Shown here: positions 56,951 to 64,000 of the stretch, one piece after another | How positions within the stretch are numbered: the first letter of the stretch is position 1 | Layout: each line of letters starts with the position of its first letter | NCBI GenBank assembly: GCA_951406725.2 | Contig: OX597820.1 | Coordinates: forward strand, 84,258,001-84,322,000 | Reading direction: 5' to 3' | Length of the DNA: 64,000 nucleotides | Source of the DNA: Octopus vulgaris | Taxonomy: Eukaryota | Translations under genes and position numbers: made by a program | The notes under the pieces: model-generated | What the model was told of the DNA's origin: nothing | Seen by the model: the letters and a program-made list of their open reading frames with translations, nothing else | Databases searched by the model: none

Positions 56951-57081
56951 ATAACAGTATAATCCAGCTTTGCCCGGGATTAAGTTAGGATTATTAAGCT
57001 AATCAAATTCTGTATTTCAAACAAAACTAAGTAACATCGACGTCAAATTTGGGCGAAATCCGTTGAAATTGGTTTATATAT

Positions 57082-57141
<60 letters not shown>

Positions 57142-57604
57142 ATATGTACATATATATATATATATTTATATGGGCAACACACACACACATACACACATGT
57201 ACGTACATACACCTATTGCATGCATGTTTTTGTAGGCATACATGTTCGTCTGTGTGTGTGTGTTGTCCGTATATCAACAAAACACATTTTTCCTCCATGG
57301 AAAAAAAGAATGAAGTCTTTAGAAAACTTACCCGTCGCTAGAAGGAGACTTAAATCTTGTTTGCTGTTTGCATACAATGGTGATTTCTCCGACTTGGAAA
57401 TTGTTTAAAGTTTTCGTTGAAAATTAATTTTTGTTGCTATTTGCTGGTGCCTCAGGTAAGAAAAAGTTGACGAAAATATACCGAGGGTAATGACGAATCT
57501 CCACCTAAAATTAGAGCGACATTCGTGCTAATTTGTGGATGTGCATAAATTACATTCACGTACACACACACACACACAAACATCCTGCCATTTATATATA
57601 CAGA
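56951..57604 (-). mobile_element. Non-autonomous Helitron-like element
   Basis: Minus strand starts A|TCTGTATATATAAATGGCAGGATG followed by (TG)n. It ends in the hairpin cccgggcaaagctgg and a decayed CTRR. Confidence 0.6.
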
Positions 57605-58052
57605 TAAGTGTGTGTTTGTGCTTGTGTGTGTGCTGGTTTCATTGTTAACTGCAATACATGTTTTAGCTACAAGGTGTAAACGTAGTTTGATATTTTTCCT
57701 TATATAAAGTATTGTTTTCGTAAAGGCAGTGAAATATTTAAACGTATTTCACGTTGTTACTGCGTAGGATGAACAAGTAAGATTTTGGGTCCGATATTGA
57801 TTCTTAACGAAATCGTGTTTGTTGACCCGTAGTCTCATGGTTAATATTCTCTTAACTTGAATGATTATGATAAGGTCATGGTTTCAATCCTTTTGTTTTC
57901 TAGATTATAAACGTATGCATTTTTTCTGTGGCTTTCCCAAGCTAATGTTCTTTTATATTTTGTTGGAACACAGTCCAATTACATGCAAATAAATTGTAAC
58001 GTATATTTACAGATTGTAAATTAGAAGGGGCATCAAATATTTTAGTTGGGCA

Positions 58053-58424
58053 CTAGGGCAGCGGACTCGTGGTCATAGGATCGCGGTTTCGATTCCCAGA
58101 CCGGGCGTTGTGAGTGTTTATTGAGCGAAAACACCTAAAAGCTCCACGAGGCTCCGGCATGGGATGGTGGTGATCCCTGCTGTACTCTTTCACCGCAACT
58201 TTCTCTCACTCTTACTTCCTGTTTCTGTTGTACCTGTATTTCAAGGGGCCGGCCTTGTCACTCTCTGTGTCGCGCTGAATATCCCCGAGAACTACGTTAT
58301 GGGTGCACGTGTCTGTGGAGTGCTCAGCCACTTACACGTTAATTTCACGAGCAGGCTGTTCCGTTGATTCGGATCAACCGGAACCCTCATCGTCGTAACC
58401 GACGGAGTGCTTCTATCCATCCAT
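58053..58424 (+). mobile_element. SINE family C, near full-length
   Basis: tRNA-like head (tagggcagcggactcgtggtcataggatcgcggtttcgattcccagaccg). Body matches the 5399 and 12241 copies; short (ATCC)n tail. Confidence 0.9.
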
Positions 58425-59095
58425 CTCCATGTGTGGATTGAACGTTATTTCTTAGAGTTCCAAACATAATGGTTTCCATAATATCAAATAATAATGATGT
58501 TGTCGCTTTCTATTTTATTAATTTACGATTAAGTTTACGTTGAGGCGTATACGTTCCCTGTTTAATTCGTTATCCAGTGGATTTTTGATCCTACGGCATA
58601 TAAATATCCGCCTACGTTTTACTCCACGTTGTATTGGGACGTTCATATCCTGATATAGGAATAAGTCTAATTAAATCGACATTTCATTTGTCCCAAAATT
58701 GTAGGTTAATCTTTAAACACGTCTAATATCTAAGTAGTACGAGTTAAAATGTCTTAATAACGTTGCTTCATCGAAAGTTTATGGGGCTATAAAGGAAATT
58801 GGGGGCTACGTACAATCATTTTTAGTTATGGTGAATTTGTGACATGTACGTGTACGTTCGACTGTATATATGTATTTATGCGTACTCATAATGTAATTCT
58901 CTAGCACACGATTCGTTAAAAACTGGATGAAAAGGCCGCAAGCTAAACGATAACATTCAATACAGTTTTCTGCCGCGGAAAAGTACACACTAAGTATACG
59001 CCTGCTCAGGGCTACGGAAAGCGATAGATATGATCCGCATTACGGTGACTCCTACTATCTTGTTGCAAAACACATCATTTCAACATACTCGCACC

Positions 59096-59145
<50 letters not shown>

Positions 59146-59159
59146 GAGAGAGAGAGAAA

Positions 59160-59410
59160 GAAAGGTTCAGATGAATATGGTGCTTAAGTGAGGCACCAGA
59201 ATTTAGTACGGTGTTATCCATAAAATTTCAAAATAAGGGGATTAAAATCAAAATAAGCAAGAAGGATATCCACAGGTAATGCAGTACAATTGTCTCCTGG
59301 ATCTCCATTTAATTGAACAATACAACCATCACACCAATTTAAATTGCAGAGCAATCTTCAGCTGCACAAAGACATAGGATTTAATTAAATTAGAACAGAT
59401 GGACACATTA
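59160..59410 (-). mobile_element. Penelope-like terminal-repeat element with type-I hammerhead-like motif
   Basis: Minus strand TGCAG-CTGAAGA-[58-nt stem II]-GAGA-CAATTGTA-CTGCA at 59366-59280. Confidence 0.6.
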
Positions 59411-59411
59411 G

Positions 59412-59445
<34 letters not shown>

Positions 59446-59459
59446 TATATATATATGCA

Positions 59460-59620
59460 TATATACGACGGGCTTTTTCAGTTTCCGTCTACCAAATCCA
59501 TTCACAAGGATTTTGTTTGCCCGAGGCTATAGTAGAAGTCACTTGTCCAAGGTGCCACGCAATGGGACAAAACCCAGAACCATGTTATTCGTAAGCAAGC
59601 TACTTACCACACAGCCATTT
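59460..59620 (-). mobile_element. SINE family B 5' half
   Basis: cgacgggctttttcagtttccgtctaccaaatcc...ttaccacacagcca. Confidence 0.85.
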
Positions 59621-59993
59621 CTTGCCAGAACTAGGCGCCACTGCGTGGTGCCTAGGACTCCAAATTTGCCATCAATATGTAGGACAAGATACTGTGATAG
59701 CCTGGGCTTCCGAGGCCCACAGCTCTTCAATATCCTCCCGAAGAACCTGAGAGACCTGCATGGGGTGGATGCAGATGTCTTTAAAATGAAACTGGATCTC
59801 TTCCTGTCAGGTGTCCCAGATGAACAAACTTCACGGCAGGAGGTGCAGATGAGGGCAGCTGCATCGAACTCTCTCAGTTGCTAGAGAGCGTTCGTGAAGT
59901 AAATCCAAGTAGCAACACCAAATGGCGGTGCCCCAGCATGGCCACAGCTCATGAGCTGAAACTAGAATCAGTCGATCAATCAATCAATCAATC
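59621..59993 (+). mobile_element. CR1-clade LINE 3' end with (TCAA)n tail
   Basis: RHCVVP...RTRYCDSLGFRGPQLFNILPKNLRDLHGVDADVFKMKLDLFLSGVPDEQ...RAAASNSL is a typical CR1-type C-terminus; 3'UTR stem-loop and caatcaatcaatc tail follow. Confidence 0.85.
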
Positions 59994-60378
59994 ATATATA
60001 TATATAAGTTTCAGCTCGGCATTGTATCTATTGCTGAATGTGAATACACATTGCGCGCAATATTTGAAAAATTATAGCATATAATGATGGGACACGTGTT
60101 ATCTTGTCTCTGAGTTATAAGCTAGTTGTTTAGGCTGCTTACTGACGAGGATTCGCCTGTGAGATAATTGCTAAATTATCTATTAAAAGATAGCAAACGA
60201 TATTATTCTGCTTAAGTAATCCGAAACCAAGATATAATCGTTATATAACAAGGTAAAGGTTTTATTTTTCATTTACTTCGAAATTTGCTATAAAATTGTG
60301 GTGTTTTGGCCGTGTTGGCTGCTATTTCTAGCATGTAAAATTGCCTGTTAAAGGGTAATTTTCTATTTTGAAATACGC

Positions 60379-60436
<58 letters not shown>

Positions 60437-60881
60437 ATGTATTTATATAAATATACATGTGTGCTTGTGTGCAAGTGTATGCGTACAGTCCATGTATGTA
60501 TGAATACGTTGTCTGCAATTTCTTTGTGTAGCCTAAAGAAACTGCAATCATATTGAATATGTTATAGATGTATGATTATAAGGTAACGATTCCACTATAA
60601 TCTCCCTTTCCCACCCCTTTCTCTCACACATATAGGCATCGTATATTGTACCTTATTTGCGTGTGCGTACTTGCGTATTATTTTCTCTGAATCTCCTTTG
60701 TTTTTGTTCATAATCAAAGACAATGCAGTCCCAAATTTAGTCTTTGGTTCTCAGATATACTTATTTTCTAATCTGTTTCTATTTCTAGTTTTATTTCTAC
60801 GTTAATCCGCTGCTTATCCCTGTAATATCCCAATATACTTGAATGGTGATTTCACTTTGAATTCGGCTCTCGGAAATAGAA

Positions 60882-60937
<56 letters not shown>

Positions 60938-61267
60938 AATACATATACATATAGATACACAGGCATACACACACACACCACACACACAAATACACACACA
61001 CACTTATATATATATATATTTGACCGTGTATGTGTGTAGGAGTGTCGGTGATGTGTGTTTGTGTGTGTGTGTATTTGTGTGTACATGCATATACTAACGA
61101 ACACTCTCATACACAAGGACATATACAAGGAATACATCCTTTCTTCGAAATCGAAAGATACAATATTTTTTTCCATTCATGTTTGAATAATATAACATGA
61201 AGTTTGTTATATATATTGGCTATAAGCGATGGAGCGCTTGGAAAATATTCGTAAGTCGATTTCATTG

Positions 61268-61279
61268 CCGCTGCTGCTG

Positions 61280-61340
<61 letters not shown>
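61268..61340. repeat. (CTG)n(CTA)n repeat
   Basis: Directly visible. Confidence 0.95.
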
Positions 61341-61907
61341 CTTGAGTAATCTTCTCCATAATTTTCGAAATACAGAAACATTGTATATTGTGGACATTTT
61401 ATCAGAGATTTTTCAACAAGAAGTATCTAAGATTATATTATAATATAATATATCATATTAATCATATCATATTTTATTTATATGTACATATATATTGCTG
61501 TTGCTTGTGTGTCATGATATTTGGACAATATTCAGTCATGCTGATGATCGTATTGATGTACCTGATATTTGTTTCAAATTGTGACCAATGGTCAGCAGTT
61601 TCCTAGGAGTGTTGTGCTTTTCGCGTTGCGTGTTAACGATCCTGCCAACTCGCCACCAAGGTGCAGGTGATATTGGAGGAGGTGGTGATGCATTGTTGCT
61701 GAACATCTTCCCTCAATTTTCACATATTTACGTAAATTTTCACATGGTATGTTTTGCCTCTGATGTTTGTACGCATTAGTATGTTTACATTTAGTCTCTT
61801 CAACATCACCTTCACTACAAAACAAAACTCACTTTTCTAATTTGGTAGATGCATGTATTCGCATCCATCATATGTATTTTAAGGATACATACATATATAT
61901 GTGTGTA

Positions 61908-61943
<36 letters not shown>

Positions 61944-62277
61944 ACTTGCTGTGTGTTATGTGGACTGTACTTGTGTATGTTTTTGTGTTTTCACAAACTT
62001 ATCTTTATACCTGTGTTCATCCCCGCCACCGCTTGAGAAACGATGTTGGTGCGTGTACGACCCTTTAACAGACCTGTTGTTCAAAAGGGACCGATAGACT
62101 ATATCTGTCTCACTTTCAATACCTGTGTATATATAAATTAATATTTAAATATATATCAAGGGCAAACAAGTACGTATACAAGTCGCCTACATGCTTAGAA
62201 GAAGACGCCAATACCTAAAATCTTCCTAACATATCACCATAAATTAACACGCGCCGTACTTGTGCGCATAAACGAAA

Positions 62278-62304
62278 CATATATATACATATATACATAC
62301 AAAC

Positions 62305-62353
<49 letters not shown>

Positions 62354-62516
62354 CATATATATACATATACATACATATACATATATATACATATACATAT
62401 ATATATATACATATATATATACATACATATACATATATATACATATACATATACTATACATATACATATATATACATATACATATATATACATATATATA
62501 TATATACATATATATA

Positions 62517-62588
<72 letters not shown>

Positions 62589-62607
62589 TATATACATATA
62601 TATATAT

Positions 62608-62674
<67 letters not shown>

Positions 62675-62682
62675 TGTATGTG

Positions 62683-62715
<33 letters not shown>
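62278..62715. repeat. Long imperfect (TA)n/(TACA)n tract
   Basis: Directly visible. Confidence 0.95.
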
Positions 62716-62717
<2 letters not shown>

Positions 62718-63175
62718 GCATACAAACATATGGTGTATATATATATGAAGGAGCAAGGATTACGTAGCCAGAAGTGGTATGGTTAATCTTTTCATTGTGC
62801 AGATCGATTTGTCTGCACTTGATGCTAGCTTCATGTTTCATTATTTTATTGATGTACTTTTGTGCAGCTAGTCATTGATCACACAATACCTTCTGTTTCT
62901 GATTTCAGTTCACACCATTTGAGCCATTGTTAGCCTTCACTTTCGTGATTAATATTATCATTTTACTTATTGTTCGAAAAAGAAACCATTATTTTCTTAA
63001 ACAAGAATTAGTAACAATTCAGAACAGAGCATAAAATGTTCGCAGTTTACACTACGCTGAAATTCTCCACAAGTAATTAAGTTTAACAGATTAAGAGATT
63101 AACTAAATACTAAAGTCTGTGGCAAAAATTGGTAATAAAAAATTGAAATATATAGCAAAATTCATAATATATTTT

Positions 63176-63345
63176 CGGCGTCATCAGGAGTGCTGTGTAG
63201 TAAGAAATTTGCTTCACAATCACATAGTTCCTAGTTCAGTCCCACTGCGTAGCACATCAGTCAGATGCCTTATACTCTAGCCTCGGACTGACCAAATCAT
63301 TGTGAGTGAGCTTAGTTGATGGAAACTGAATAATGCCAGTCATAT
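63176..63345 (+). mobile_element. SINE family B 5' half
   Basis: caggagtgctgtgtagtaagaa...gttcagtcccactgcg...ggaaactgaa. Confidence 0.8.
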
Positions 63346-63374
63346 ATAAATACATGCATATATATAATAATAAT

Positions 63375-63650
63375 TGAGGAAAGAGATGGATGATAGATTA
63401 ATCATTGATTTTTATTCCGTACGACAATTGTTTCGACCCATCCTGCAAACAGTCTGTCATGGGTAGGATTTTGTGCATCTAATTGTCTTGCATAAATCTG
63501 TGCAGTTTGTGTCACATCCGTTACAGGCATAATGTAGGGGATGATACGCTGGGTGTACTGGTATGTCCTAGACATTTTGCTCGTGTGTCTGCTGTATTTT
63601 GGTTATGGCTGGTTACAGTCGTCCGTGGGTATGCAACATAAAATTAAAAT
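63375..63650 (-). mobile_element. Probable Penelope-like terminal-repeat remnant
   Basis: Minus strand GAAACAATTGTC-GTACGG-AATAAA at 63434-63411. The 5' core could not be identified. Confidence 0.4.
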
Positions 63651-64000
63651 CATACATTCATAAAATATAGAGTACAAATTATCAAAGAAATATTACAAAC
63701 TTGAGTTACGTCTATCTCCCGTTTCTTTCATCCATTATTATTACCATTATCTCAGCTAACAATGCGAAATTCTTGAAGTTAATCTACTGAAATATACGCC
63801 AACCGTGGATGACACTAGGTACGTTCCCACTCGAACTGGGAACGTGCTTTACTCAACATATTTATTGACATACCAATTGAACAGTGGGTTCGATAAAATC
63901 GACATAGTCTCTTACCAAAAATTGTTAGCCTTATGCCAAAATGTGAAACCATTACACGTTATTTCGAAATTGCATTCAGGTTTATTCATCCAGAACATAT

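Noticed and set aside
58053-58110. tRNA gene
   Set aside because: The tRNA-like sequence is a SINE head: no complete cloverleaf, and it continues into the repeat body.
59399-59884. 161-aa ORF as a gene
   Set aside because: Fusion of microsatellite, antisense SINE head and CR1 C-terminus.
63165-63190. Minus-strand CTGATGA-CGCC-GAAA
   Set aside because: No stem II or stem I; overlaps a mutated SINE head, so probably chance.

Overview
AT-rich animal genomic DNA, very rich in (TA)n/(CA)n/(GA)n/(TAGA)n/(CTA)n microsatellites. The SINE and LINE families look like those of coleoid cephalopods, probably Octopus (recognised from memory, not database-checked). I found no intact protein-coding gene; nearly all supplied ORFs are microsatellite translations. 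The window reads as a large intron or intergenic region. It holds three or more tRNA-derived SINE families and 3' fragments of RTE/BovB-, R4/Dong- and CR1-type LINEs. It also has two non-autonomous Helitron-like elements (one keeps the PIF1-helicase C-terminus), hAT- and Tc1/mariner-like MITEs, and several long inverted repeats. Main observations: (i) several unrelated short non-coding elements carry minimal type-I hammerhead-ribozyme-like motifs (CUGANGA...GAAA, palindromic stem III, NUH), as in Penelope-like pseudo-LTRs and retrozymes, some within fold-back palindromes; (ii) the commonest SINE shares its 3' end and terminal stem-loop with a CR1-type LINE fragment; (iii) a CpG-rich patch at ~13.6 kb has an E2F site plus CHR, with candidate non-coding exons of a minus-strand transcript downstream. 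Boundaries were read by eye and are approximate.
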